Assembly: GCA_963756875.1 (NCBI GenBank)
Contig: CAVWPA010000003.1
Span: forward strand, 1,600,001 to 1,664,000
Direction of reading: 5' to 3'
From: an uncultured Verrucomicrobiae bacterium
GTDB lineage: Bacteria > Verrucomicrobiota > Verrucomicrobiia > Chthoniobacterales > UBA10450
DNA: 64,000 nucleotides
A program made the translations under genes and the position numbers. Under the pieces are notes generated by a model. It searched no databases and had not been told where the DNA came from. It saw only the letters and a program-made list of their open reading frames with translations. Below, in pieces: positions 23,918 to 33,194 of the stretch. Numbering within the stretch: position 1 is the first letter of the stretch; the number at the start of each line of letters is the position of its first letter.

Positions 23918-26026
23918 ATGTCTGAAGCCAGGGCGAAGATTCGGCGCAGAAAATCCATCGCGACTCTCGGCGGCGCGCTGCTGCTGGTTGCCCTCCTCGC
24001 GGCCTACTCAAACCACTTTTACAACGGCTTCCATTTCGACGACGCGCATACGATCGAGAACAACGCCGCGATTCGCGATCTGCGGAACATTCCGCTCTTC
24101 TTCCGCGACGCGACGACCTTTAGTTCGCTCCCGAGCAATCAATCGTATCGGCCACTTGTCTCCACGCTGCTGGCAATCGATTACTCGTTAGGTGCCAGTC
24201 CGGCTCGGACCAGCGGATTGCATCCGTTCTGGTTTCACTTTTCGATCTTCGCCCTCTTCGTCGTGCTCGTGCTCATGCTCGCGTTTGTCATCGAACGGTT
24301 TTTGGAAAACAAGACAAGTTCTGGAAACGATGAAGACGGAAAGCAAGTTCGCGCCGGCGGGACGCCGGCGCCAGACGCCCGGGACCCGCACACGGGCGGG
24401 CAGGCTGGGCGTGCTACCCGGAATTGGATGATCGCGCTCGCGGCGGCAGCGTGGTACGGATTGCATCCGGCAAACGCCGACACGATTAATTACATCATCG
24501 CGTCGTCGGAGGTCATCTCGACACTCGGCGTCGCCGCCTCGTTTGCCATGTACCTCGGATTCCCGCAGCTGCGCCGGTACTATATATATATACTGCCGGC
24601 GGCGGTCACAGTCCTGGCCAAGCCAGTTGCGGCGATTTTTCCGGTGTTGTTCGCTGCGTATTGCTTCTTATTCCCGCCTGGGGATGCGCGCCTGAGAGAG
24701 GCGGGTTGTAGCCACGGCCCTGCGGGCCGTCGACGCCTCACAGAGGCGTGGCTACAGGGGCGCCTCATCGAGATCATCCCGTCGTTCGTAATCTGCGCGG
24801 CAACGCTGCTGTTCGTTCAGCACATGACGCCGCGCACGTGGGTCGCCGGCGCCGCCGACGCCCGCAATTACCTGATCACGCAGCCCTATGTCGCGTTGCT
24901 CTATTTTAAGACCTTCTTCTGGCCGAGTAGCCTCTCCGCCGATTACGACCTCAACGCCTTTACGACCACGGACGATTCGCGCTTCTGGTTAGGCTTCGCT
25001 TTTGTAATTCTCTTTCTCGCCACTGCAATCATGGCAGTTCGCTTTAGGAAAACGCGCCTGATCGGGTTCGGTTTGCTTTGGTTTCTCATCGCGCTTTTGC
25101 CGACGTCACTCTTCCCACTGGCTGAAGTAATGAACGATCATCGCACATTTCTCCCCTACATCGGTCTCGTTATCGCCATGGCCGGCGCAGCTTCGTTGCT
25201 GGTGAATCGCCGGGTCGCATACAGTCTACCGGCAAAGATCGCGGCGGTCTGCGTGATCGTGCTGTTCCTATCGGTCAACGGCTACGCGACGTTTCAACGG
25301 AACGAGGTTTGGAAAACCGAGGGAACGCTCTGGCACGATGTTACGCTGAAGAGTCCGCGCAACGGCCGCGGCCTGATGAACTATGGCAACACGCTCATGG
25401 CAAAGGGCGATTTCGCGGGCGCGCTCGATTATTTTCATCGGGCACAAAAGCTCACCCCGCAGTATTCCGTGCTGTTGATCAATCTCGCTGTTGCGGAAGA
25501 CGCGACAAACCAGGACGCGCTTGCGGAGAAGGACTTCAAGGAAGCGCTTCGGCTGGATCCGGGAAATCCCGACAGCTACATTTATTATGCGCGTCATTTG
25601 ATCTCGCGTTCGCGTATTTCAGAGGCGCGCGCTCTTCTGCGCAAGGCATTGGAGCTCAGCCCGGCGGACCTCACCGCGCGCGAACTCTTCGCGCAGACGA
25701 ATGGTCTCGTAGCTGGCAAACCAGTGGCAGCAGAAACTCCGGAAGCCTATCTCGAACGCAGCCTCCAGCTTTATAACGAGGGACGTTTCGCCGAGTCGAT
25801 CGACGCCTGCCGGAAAGCGCTTGCGCTCCGGCCAGGCTACGCAGAAGCATGGAATAACATTGGCGCCGCTTATAATAAACTCCGCCGCTATAAAGAAGGG
25901 GCTGCCGCGTGTGAACAGGCCCTTCGTTTGAAGCCGGACTTCGACCTGGCGCGAAACAACCTGCAGTATGCGCGCCAGAGAATGAAGGAATCGTTGCCGC
26001 CCGCGAATGACCCGCCTTCGCCTTGA
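23918..26026 (+). CDS. TMTC-like GT-C membrane glycosyltransferase with C-terminal TPRs
   Basis: FHFDD, YRPL, HP...TINYI, P..LS.DY, DHR.FLP, RNEVW; TPR repeats; contains three palindromic in-frame insertions. Confidence 0.82.
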   Translation: MSEARAKIRRRKSIATLGGALLLVALLAAYSNHFYNGFHFDDAHTIENNAAIRDLRNIPLFFRDATTFSSLPSNQSYRPLVSTLLAIDYSLGASPARTSGLHPFWFHFSIFALFVVLVLMLAFVIERFLENKTSSGNDEDGKQVRAGGTPAPDARDPHTGGQAGRATRNWMIALAAAAWYGLHPANADTINYIIASSEVISTLGVAASFAMYLGFPQLRRYYIYILPAAVTVLAKPVAAIFPVLFAAYCFLFPPGDARLREAGCSHGPAGRRRLTEAWLQGRLIEIIPSFVICAATLLFVQHMTPRTWVAGAADARNYLITQPYVALLYFKTFFWPSSLSADYDLNAFTTTDDSRFWLGFAFVILFLATAIMAVRFRKTRLIGFGLLWFLIALLPTSLFPLAEVMNDHRTFLPYIGLVIAMAGAASLLVNRRVAYSLPAKIAAVCVIVLFLSVNGYATFQRNEVWKTEGTLWHDVTLKSPRNGRGLMNYGNTLMAKGDFAGALDYFHRAQKLTPQYSVLLINLAVAEDATNQDALAEKDFKEALRLDPGNPDSYIYYARHLISRSRISEARALLRKALELSPADLTARELFAQTNGLVAGKPVAAETPEAYLERSLQLYNEGRFAESIDACRKALALRPGYAEAWNNIGAAYNKLRRYKEGAAACEQALRLKPDFDLARNNLQYARQRMKESLPPANDPPSP

Positions 26027-26205
26027 CTGCGGCGTGGCAAGCGCGAATTAACGCGAATGGCTTCGAAATCTACCGAATGCGGAAATGTGTCTGTGCTTCG
26101 TTCGAAGATCGGTGTTTCTGCGTCAGGAACTGGTAGGCTCTAAGAGGAAGATTACGAAGAAGAAGAATATGATGAAGATGAGCAGGACTCCCGCGGCCGC
26201 AGCTT

Positions 26206-26363
26206 GGGGAGCGCACGCGCCTCGCGTGCCGCCTTTGGCGCCCTCGCCAAAGGCCCACAACAATGGATCTCCCCAAACGGGGTTCCTTCTTATCCCTCGT
26301 TCGAGCATAATGGGTCTTTCCGGCGAGGCGCCGGAAAGTGCACGCGAGGCGCGTGCGCTCCCC
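26206..26363. repeat. Family A (GGAG) REP doublet, non-autonomous
   Basis: Perfect 24-bp IR ggggagcgcacgcgcctcgcgtgc / gcacgcgaggcgcgtgcgctcccc with inner ggcgcc(c)tcgcc hairpins. Confidence 0.9.
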
Positions 26364-26527
26364 AATCGGGACGCGTCAACCCCGAAGGCCTCCGGGGCCG
26401 TCCTCCGGCAGGCAGGCTTTTCAACCTTGTAACGATTCAACCGTTCAGCGCCCACCGCCCACCGTGCGCTCTCGCCCTACAGAAAGATTTTGCTGGCGCT
26501 TGCAGGATTTCGGTTGTGAATTGGGGC

Positions 26528-27094
26528 ATGGTTAAGAGCGGGCTTCTGGCGGTTGTCGGGTCTCTCGGGTTTTGCCTGCCCCTTGCAGCGCAACAAACAG
26601 GTTCGTTGGCCCAGACGGAAAACGTTTCGTTGTATCTGTCTCAGCCGGCAATTTTCAAGACTGTGGACAGTTCAACACTGGTTCATGGCCTGCCAATGCT
26701 GAGTCTTCTGGACGGGCGCTGGTTACCCATTTCGACCGCAATGGGCCGGATGGGAATGGCGCAACTCGATGTTTTTCCGAATGCGTCCCTGCCGGTGGCT
26801 CCGAAGGCCAAAAAGACAAGCGCCTACGCAAGAAATCGGACAGACGGAAAGGATTTCGGAACGGATGGAGCGGATGGAAAGGATGCGCTCGGCGCGATCA
26901 CCTCTTCTTCGCGATCGAATCCGCTCTATTACAGCGGTGAAATTGGCTTCCTTTACGGCCACTCGACCGGCAAGTACGGCGGCGACGTCAAGCAAGGCTA
27001 TTTCATTGGTGAGGTCGGCGATGACAATGTTCAGATCACGGTTGGCGGGTCGTACGAGGACTCGAACTTCCAGTTTCCTCGGCGACGACGCTGA
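26528..27094 (+). CDS. Secreted hypothetical protein
   Basis: Signal peptide MVKSGLLAVVGSLGFCLPLAA; C-terminal amphipathic strands; the upstream ORF extension is REP-derived. Confidence 0.65.
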   Translation: MVKSGLLAVVGSLGFCLPLAAQQTGSLAQTENVSLYLSQPAIFKTVDSSTLVHGLPMLSLLDGRWLPISTAMGRMGMAQLDVFPNASLPVAPKAKKTSAYARNRTDGKDFGTDGADGKDALGAITSSSRSNPLYYSGEIGFLYGHSTGKYGGDVKQGYFIGEVGDDNVQITVGGSYEDSNFQFPRRRR

Positions 27095-27158
27095 TGATTT
27101 GCCTTTCAGGCACGTTAAAAGGGTTAAAAGGGTTACATCGTTAAAGCGTGGAGTCTTG

Positions 27159-27371
27159 ATGGCGAATGACACCAGGGCGGCGTTGGATCGAGTGGATTTG
27201 ACGGCCCAGAGTATCGTCGGGCATCCCGGTGAAACCGTAACGCGGGAAGAGGGTTCACCGAATGTCGTCTGTCCGGTGTGCGGGGCGGTGACGGTGCAGG
27301 AGAAGTGCAAGATCGTTTGCCGGAGCGACAAGTGTCGCGGACGCGTGGTGATGAACTGTTCGGAATTCTGA
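27159..27371 (+). CDS. Small Cys-rich zinc-ribbon-like protein
   Basis: GGAG RBS; CPVCG...CKIVC....C.......C. Confidence 0.65.
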   Translation: MANDTRAALDRVDLTAQSIVGHPGETVTREEGSPNVVCPVCGAVTVQEKCKIVCRSDKCRGRVVMNCSEF

Positions 27372-27393
27372 TGTCTTTCTGACGCGGGCATCT

Positions 27394-27548
27394 GGGGAGC
27401 GCACAGCTTGCCCGCCCGTGTGCGGGCGGCTCGCGTGCAATGCCAGTCCGGCTCGGACTTGCGGCGCCCTCGCCGCAATACTCCCCTATGAAAAAAGTTC
27501 GCGATGGCGGGGGCGCCATCGCCAGCACGCGAGGCGCGCGCGCTCCCC
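27394..27548. repeat. Family A REP doublet with two nested micro-insertions
   Basis: ggggagcgcac[...]gcggctcgcgtgc ... gcacgcgaggcgcgcgcgctcccc. Confidence 0.85.
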
Positions 27549-27731
27549 GAACGGATCGTGCGAGGCATGACGCCGACTTCCCATGGAAAACGCGTATCCC
27601 GCGCCCCAGAGGTCGGCGGCTACAGGAAGAAAAAATTTCAGCGTTTCCGCTGGAGTTTAGCCGGAGATTTATGGAATCCTTGCAACCGGCAGGTTTCACG
27701 GGTGATCCGTTGCAAGATTGATATTTGATTT

Positions 27732-28304
27732 ATGAAAGCAGGTTTCCGCTTTGTTTTATTTATCACGTTCCTGGTGCCGTCGGTCGCGCTTTCGCAAGGG
27801 CGCGCCAGCGAGTTTCAGATTACCAAGATCACGAAAAACCTGATTTCGACGCCGCAATATACGTACTCAGGGGCGGAGCAGTTTCAGGCCAACCAGCGCG
27901 ATCGTTGGCTGGAAGTGGAGGTGGAATTTGCGGCGGCGCCGGAATGGACCGACGAATTGACGTTTAAGTATTACATTCTGTTCAACGGCACTCTGCTGAC
28001 CGGCGAAGTGACCCATACCAACATCGCCGCCGGCCGCAACGATCGTTCGGTGATGTACGTTTCGCCGCGAACGCTGGCCCGCTTCAGTAACAATCACGCC
28101 ATCACGGCAAACATGTTTCAAAACGTCGCCGTGCAGATTGTGCAGCAGGGCGCGGTGAAGGACGAACTCAGCCTGGCGCGCGCGCCCGCGCAATGGTTTA
28201 CGACTATTGCGCAGGTCTCGGGATTCGTGCTTAACAAGAACGAAACGCCGTTTGCCCCGCTTTACTGGGACCGGTACGAGCAAATCAAAACGCCCGCGCG
28301 TTAG
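27732..28304 (+). CDS. Amuc_1102-like pilus-associated secreted protein
   Basis: Signal peptide, WLEVEVEF, LTGEVTH.NI, LNK.ETPFAPLYWDRY; first gene of the PilM-secretin operon. Confidence 0.72.
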   Translation: MKAGFRFVLFITFLVPSVALSQGRASEFQITKITKNLISTPQYTYSGAEQFQANQRDRWLEVEVEFAAAPEWTDELTFKYYILFNGTLLTGEVTHTNIAAGRNDRSVMYVSPRTLARFSNNHAITANMFQNVAVQIVQQGAVKDELSLARAPAQWFTTIAQVSGFVLNKNETPFAPLYWDRYEQIKTPAR

Positions 28305-28311
28305 CGCGAAG

Positions 28312-28445
28312 GTCCAAATTCCAACATCCAAGCTCCAAAGAATCTCCAAAGTGCCAATGACCAATAAAGGCCTGGTGGCTTTGTGCCAATTTGAAGCTTG
28401 GAGCTCGGAGCTTCATTGGATGTTGGGGCTTGGAGCTTGGAGCTT
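28312..28445. repeat. Inverted arrays of heptamer repeats (TCCAAGC / GCTTGGA)
   Basis: tccaaat-tccaaca-tccaagc-tccaaag... versus ttggagc-tcggagc...ttggagc-ttggagc. Confidence 0.75.
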
Positions 28446-28504
28446 CTAGCCATGGCTGCGCCAACCCGCATCATTTCTCTTAACCTCGGCTCGCAAACGC
28501 GAGT

Positions 28505-28566
28505 TGTAGTGGCAGGCGTGCCGCCTGCAAAACTTGCGGAACGCAGCCGGCACGGCTGCCTCTACA
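28505..28566. repeat. GTAG REP doublet (same family as the rho repeats)
   Basis: tgtagtggcaggcgtgccgcctgc ... gcagccggcacggctgcctctaca. Confidence 0.88.
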
Positions 28567-28589
28567 GTTTAATCGCGCAATTCTAGTTC

Positions 28590-30350
28590 ATGGCGACGCC
28601 AACCCGCATTATTTCTCTTAACCTCGGCTCGCAGACGCTGGGCATGGCGGAGTTTCGCGCGCAGTCTCATGGCGGCCTCGTTTTGCAGGCCTGCGTTCTG
28701 CGCGAACTGCTGATCGATCCCGCGGGTGAGGGGATGCGGCGTTCGCAGATTGCCCCGGCTGTGCGGGAGATGATGGACGAACTGCAAATCAAAAGCGGCA
28801 ACGTCAATTACGCCGTCGCCGGACAATCGGTCTTTGCACGCTTCGTCAAACTTCCCGCGGTGGAAGAGGAAAAGATCGAGAAGATCATCGCGTTTGAGGC
28901 GCAGCAGAATGTTCCCTTTCCCATCAACGAAGTCGTTTGGGACTATCAACTGGTCGGCGGCGGCACGGACGAGCAAATCCAGGTCGTGCTGGTGGCGATC
29001 AAGGCCGACTTGCTCGATGAGATCAACGGCGCGGTTGAAGACGCCGGATTGCGCACGTCGATTGTCGATGTCGCGACGATGGCTTTGTACAACGCGTTTC
29101 GTTACAACTACAGCGACCTGACCGGCTGCTCGTTGCTCGTCGATATCGGAGCGCGCACGACCAACCTGTTGTTTGTCGAGCCGGGAAAGATCTTCTCCCG
29201 AAGCGTGCCGATTGGCGGAAGCTCAATTACCTCGGCCATTGCCAGGGAATTCGACGAGCCATTCGCGGCCGCGGAATCCCGGAAAAAGCGGGATGGGTTT
29301 GTCAGCCTTGGCGGCGCGTATGCGGAGCCGTCCAATGCCGAAGTTGCGCGCGTATCGAAAATCATGCGCAGCACAATGACGCGGCTGCACGCGGAGCTGA
29401 TGCGCTCCATCAGCCATTATCGCGCGCAACAACAGGGTCAGGCGCCCGAGCGCGTATTTCTCTGCGGTGGAAGCGCGACGACGCCTTATATGCGCGAGTT
29501 TTTCCACGAGAAATTGCAGTTGCCGATCGAATTTTTCAATTCGTTGCGCAACGTGGCTGTTGCCGAGTCGGCGCCGGTGGAGGAGATCGGACGCTCGGCC
29601 CATTTGTTCGGGGAGCTCGTTGGGCTGGCCTTGCGGCAAGTAAGCGCTTGCCCGATGGAACTCAACCTGCGTCCGGCGAGCGTAATTCGCCGGCAGGAGC
29701 TTGAAAACCGGCGGCCGTTTTTCGTCGCGGCGGCCGCCTGCGTGCTTCTCGCTTTGCTTGGCTGGGCTGGATATTACTCGCGCGCGGCAGGCGTTGTCCG
29801 GCACAACACCGACGAACTTCAGGGAAGAGTGAATGCACCGATGCGCGCCTCCGAAATCAAGATCGACAAACTGCGCAGGGAAGCAAAATCGCTGGACAGT
29901 CTTGCCACACCGTTAAACGAAGCGATCAATTCCCGCTTTTTTTGGGCGGAAATTCTGGAAGATCTGAATGCGCGTCTTCCCAAGGAGGATATCTGGATCA
30001 CCGACCTGATCCCGATGTCGGGAGGAAAACCGATCGGCGTGGACGAAAAGGCGGTCCCGCAGTTTGCGCCGAGCCCTACGCCACAACCGGCAGGCGCGCG
30101 GAGACCGGCCGCCAAAAAGGCGGGTGCGCCGGAGATTGACGGACTTTTTGTGCGCGGCCTTTATCTGTTCAATCCGAAGCAACAGGAAGTGGTGGTCGAT
30201 TATTTCCGCAATCTGGTCGGCTCGCCGTTTTTCGATCTCGATCCGAACAATCAGTCGCGTTACATCAAGCCGAGCACGCCGAACAACACCGAGTGGGCGT
30301 ACCCGTATGAGCTGCGTTTGGATCTGAAAAAGCCAATCCCGTTGCCATGA
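28590..30350 (+). CDS. pilM: PilM-like actin-fold protein fused to a PilN-like region (Amuc_1101-like)
   Basis: FEAQQNVPFP, VDIGARTT, FLCGG, GLALR, then a TM and periplasmic domain. Confidence 0.88.
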   Translation: MATPTRIISLNLGSQTLGMAEFRAQSHGGLVLQACVLRELLIDPAGEGMRRSQIAPAVREMMDELQIKSGNVNYAVAGQSVFARFVKLPAVEEEKIEKIIAFEAQQNVPFPINEVVWDYQLVGGGTDEQIQVVLVAIKADLLDEINGAVEDAGLRTSIVDVATMALYNAFRYNYSDLTGCSLLVDIGARTTNLLFVEPGKIFSRSVPIGGSSITSAIAREFDEPFAAAESRKKRDGFVSLGGAYAEPSNAEVARVSKIMRSTMTRLHAELMRSISHYRAQQQGQAPERVFLCGGSATTPYMREFFHEKLQLPIEFFNSLRNVAVAESAPVEEIGRSAHLFGELVGLALRQVSACPMELNLRPASVIRRQELENRRPFFVAAAACVLLALLGWAGYYSRAAGVVRHNTDELQGRVNAPMRASEIKIDKLRREAKSLDSLATPLNEAINSRFFWAEILEDLNARLPKEDIWITDLIPMSGGKPIGVDEKAVPQFAPSPTPQPAGARRPAAKKAGAPEIDGLFVRGLYLFNPKQQEVVVDYFRNLVGSPFFDLDPNNQSRYIKPSTPNNTEWAYPYELRLDLKKPIPLP

Positions 30351-30444
30351 ACATTCATTTCGGTTCTCAAACCATCTCTTCCTGCGAAAAGGAAACGCTT
30401 TTCCATTCGGAGAACGATTCGAAGCGAAGCGAAGCCGCAAGTTC

Positions 30445-30589
30445 GGGGAGCGCACGCGCCTCGCGTGCTGTTTCCGGCGCCTCGCCGGAAACTTCAACGC
30501 AGCCGGTATACCCGGATCAAAGCAAAGTAACTCTACAATGGTATTCGCCGAGGGCGGCGAATACAGCACGCGAGGCGCGTGCGCTCCCC
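30445..30589. repeat. Family A REP doublet between pilM and the Amuc_1100-like gene
   Basis: Same 24-bp terminal IRs as 26206-26363. Confidence 0.9.
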
Positions 30590-30594
30590 AACCC

Positions 30595-31563
30595 ATGAAC
30601 TGGTTCCGTGAAAATCGCTGGCTTGGCACGTTTCTGATCGTGTTCGCGATCTGCACGCTGATCGCGATTTATTTTCTTTTCAGTTCCAAGAGTGCTTTTG
30701 AAGAGGCGTCCGCGCGCTTCAACGATGCGGCGGCGGAGCGGACCCGGCTGGAACATCTTAATCCATTTCCCAACGAGGCGAATTTTCGGCAGATGAAAAA
30801 GCACATCGAAAATTACGGGTTGGCGCTGAAGAAACTGAAGGAAGAGTTAAAAACGCAGGTGCTTCCGGTAACGCCGATGGCGCCGAACGAATTCCAATCG
30901 CATTTGCGCCAGGCAATGGCGTCGACGGCGGACAAGGCGCGCGCCAACCGGGTAAAGCTGCCGGAAAATTTTCAGCTTGGCTTCGATGAATTCACCACGG
31001 CCTTGCCCAATACAGCCGCGGCGCCGTCGCTCGGACAGGAGCTCGCTCAAATTGAAGTGCTCATGAATATCCTGATCGATGCACGAGTGGATGCGCTGAC
31101 TGCGTTCAAGCGGATGCCGTTGCCGGAAGAGAAGAATGCCGCGGCGGCGACGCCAACGCCCATTCCGCGCCGGAGAACTGCAGCTTCGGCGCCGATCGGG
31201 CCGAAGATGCTTGAGCAGGCAGTTGTCGATCTTACGTTTACGTCATCGCCTTCGGCGGCCAGGAAAGTTTTGAATCTGATCGCAAGCTCGAACCAGCAAT
31301 TCTACATCGTCCGTTTGTTGCACGTTCACAACGAGCAGGAAAAAGGACCACCGCGCGAGCAACCGGGCGCGGGGGGAGGAAGCAACGGCGCCGCCGAGAC
31401 CCGTTCGACAGACTCAGGGCAGGCTAATTCGGCCTCTACAGGGCCCGCAACCGGAACAGTTGCCGGGCCGAAGCCGACACCGAGCGCCGCCATCAAATTT
31501 ATCGTGGGCAACGAGCACATCGACGTGTCGGCAAGGATTGAGATTGCGGGGTTCGATTTTTGA
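30595..31563 (+). CDS. Amuc_1100-like pilus-associated protein (PilO position)
   Basis: N-terminal TM, coiled coil, FQLGFDEF...LP, C-terminal FIVGNEHIDV; synteny with pilM and the secretin. Confidence 0.75.
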   Translation: MNWFRENRWLGTFLIVFAICTLIAIYFLFSSKSAFEEASARFNDAAAERTRLEHLNPFPNEANFRQMKKHIENYGLALKKLKEELKTQVLPVTPMAPNEFQSHLRQAMASTADKARANRVKLPENFQLGFDEFTTALPNTAAAPSLGQELAQIEVLMNILIDARVDALTAFKRMPLPEEKNAAAATPTPIPRRRTAASAPIGPKMLEQAVVDLTFTSSPSAARKVLNLIASSNQQFYIVRLLHVHNEQEKGPPREQPGAGGGSNGAAETRSTDSGQANSASTGPATGTVAGPKPTPSAAIKFIVGNEHIDVSARIEIAGFDF

Positions 31564-31565
31564 GA

Positions 31566-32219
31566 ATGAAATTGGATGACAACGAACAGGCCTTGCGTGT
31601 CGGCAATGCGTGCGCCGCCGGATCGGGGAGCGCACGCGCCTCGCGTGCTCTTTCCGGCGCCTCGCCGGAAAGTTCCTGCGAAATTCATTATTCCAAGCGA
31701 AGACTTCCGCATTTTGAGCGGCCGTGGGCGAAGTATGCTGTCTGTTTTGCTACGTATCTCCGATCTCGGCTTTCAGTCGCAGAACGAGATCTTGTTTTGC
31801 AAAGCATTCTATACGGCTATCGGACAAATCAATACGAGCTGTATGCGGCATGTGTGATGCCCGATCATGTTCACCTGCTCTTTGAGCCACAAATAAAAAT
31901 GGAAGGCGAAAGTGGGCAGACTATTTTTTGGTCCTTAACCGAAATTCTGAAGGGTATCAAGTCCACGACCGCGCATCGGATCAACAAGGCCGCTGGGAAA
32001 ACCGGTCCGGTTTGGGAAAAGGAATCGTTTGATCGATTGATTCGATCAGAACCGGATTTACAGGAAAAATTTCGATACATTTGCAGAAATGCGTGGGACT
32101 CCGGGATTGTCGGACCTTCGGAAGATTATCCCTGGTTGTGGACACAAGATGGGTCTTCGACGAGGGCGTCGAAGACGGCACGCGAGGCGCGTGCGCTCCC
32201 CGATCCAGCAAGCGCGTAA
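31566..32219 (+). CDS. REP-associated tyrosine transposase (Y1/HUH), RAYT1
   Basis: RRLPHF, MPDHVH (HUH), WEKESFDRLIR, YICRN; enclosed by family A REP arms. Confidence 0.88.
   Translation: MKLDDNEQALRVGNACAAGSGSARASRALSGASPESSCEIHYSKRRLPHFERPWAKYAVCFATYLRSRLSVAERDLVLQSILYGYRTNQYELYAACVMPDHVHLLFEPQIKMEGESGQTIFWSLTEILKGIKSTTAHRINKAAGKTGPVWEKESFDRLIRSEPDLQEKFRYICRNAWDSGIVGPSEDYPWLWTQDGSSTRASKTAREARALPDPASA
31620..32206. mobile_element. Putative autonomous REP element: perfect 29-bp IRs enclosing the RAYT1 core
   Basis: ggatcggggagcgcacgcgcctcgcgtgc (31620-31648) / gcacgcgaggcgcgtgcgctccccgatcc (32178-32206). Confidence 0.75.
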
Positions 32220-32222
32220 CCT

Positions 32223-33185
32223 ATGGACTGGATCCGTATTCATTATGAGCGCGTCATTCTCGGCGCGGCGGCGGTCTTGTTGTTTTTTTGTGCGATCTCG
32301 ATCTGGCACAGTGCCGCCGGGTTCGGCGTGAATTTCTCCGTGCTGCCGGTCGGGCTTCCGCCGAGGAACGCCGCGCCACCGCCTGAAGCTCTCAAGCTCG
32401 CGGCGGCGGTGGAAAAGCTCAACCAACCGCCGCAATGGACCTTTGGCGGCAGGTCCGGGCTGTTCGTTCCGGAAAAGCATTTCATTGGGGCGAATGGTCT
32501 GCCAGCCACATTGAAGACAACGCAGGTCCATCCGCCGGTGCCTAACGAGTGGTTGGAGCAGTTCAACCTTCCCATCGCCGACTCGGACGTTCTCGATCAG
32601 GATCCCGATGGCGACGGGTTCACCAATCTCGATGAGTGGGAAGGCCACACCAACCCGATCGACAAAAATTCGCATCCCGATTACGTCGCCAAACTGAAAT
32701 TGAAGTCGTTCAGCCAGGAACCGTTTCGGCTGGTCTTCGATTCGTGGGTGAACGGGTCGAACGGTGCGACGTTCGGGATCAATACGATCGATTTGAAACA
32801 GCCGACGCAGTTTTTGAAGATCGGCGATACGATTGCGGGGACGAGATTCAAGATTGTTGGGTTCAAGGAGAAGTACGAGCCGAACCAGTACGGCACCGAT
32901 GTCGATGTCAGTGAATTGACTCTGCAACACGAAGAGACGGGAGAGAAGTTGACCTTGGTGAAGGAAAAAGTGGCGGTTTCGCCCGAATCGGTGGCGACCT
33001 TTGTTTATTCCTGGCCGGCGGGCGGAAAGGCGGAGCAGTTCCAGGTCAGAAAAGACCAGGAATTTTCATTGAAACCGCAGGAGGAAATCAAGTATAAGCT
33101 CGTGGACGTCCAGCCCACCAAGGCCGAGATCGTGAACACGCAGAAACCAAACCAGCGAATCGAAATCGGTTTGCTTACCCCTTAA
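32223..33185 (+). CDS. Amuc_1099-like pilus-system protein
   Basis: N-terminal TM; DPDGDGFTNLDEW Ca-binding-like motif; synteny. Confidence 0.72.
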   Translation: MDWIRIHYERVILGAAAVLLFFCAISIWHSAAGFGVNFSVLPVGLPPRNAAPPPEALKLAAAVEKLNQPPQWTFGGRSGLFVPEKHFIGANGLPATLKTTQVHPPVPNEWLEQFNLPIADSDVLDQDPDGDGFTNLDEWEGHTNPIDKNSHPDYVAKLKLKSFSQEPFRLVFDSWVNGSNGATFGINTIDLKQPTQFLKIGDTIAGTRFKIVGFKEKYEPNQYGTDVDVSELTLQHEETGEKLTLVKEKVAVSPESVATFVYSWPAGGKAEQFQVRKDQEFSLKPQEEIKYKLVDVQPTKAEIVNTQKPNQRIEIGLLTP

Positions 33186-33194
33186 CCGTTCTCC

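Noticed and set aside
26070..27728. Several overlapping ORFs containing GSARASRA / AREARALP / TRGACAP peptides
   Set aside because: These are translations of family A REP arms in intergenic DNA; only 26528-27094 and 27159-27371 look like real genes.
31566..31577. Possible start-site duplication around RAYT1 (atgaaattggat versus atggactggat at 32223)
   Set aside because: The similarity is too short and gapped to distinguish from chance.
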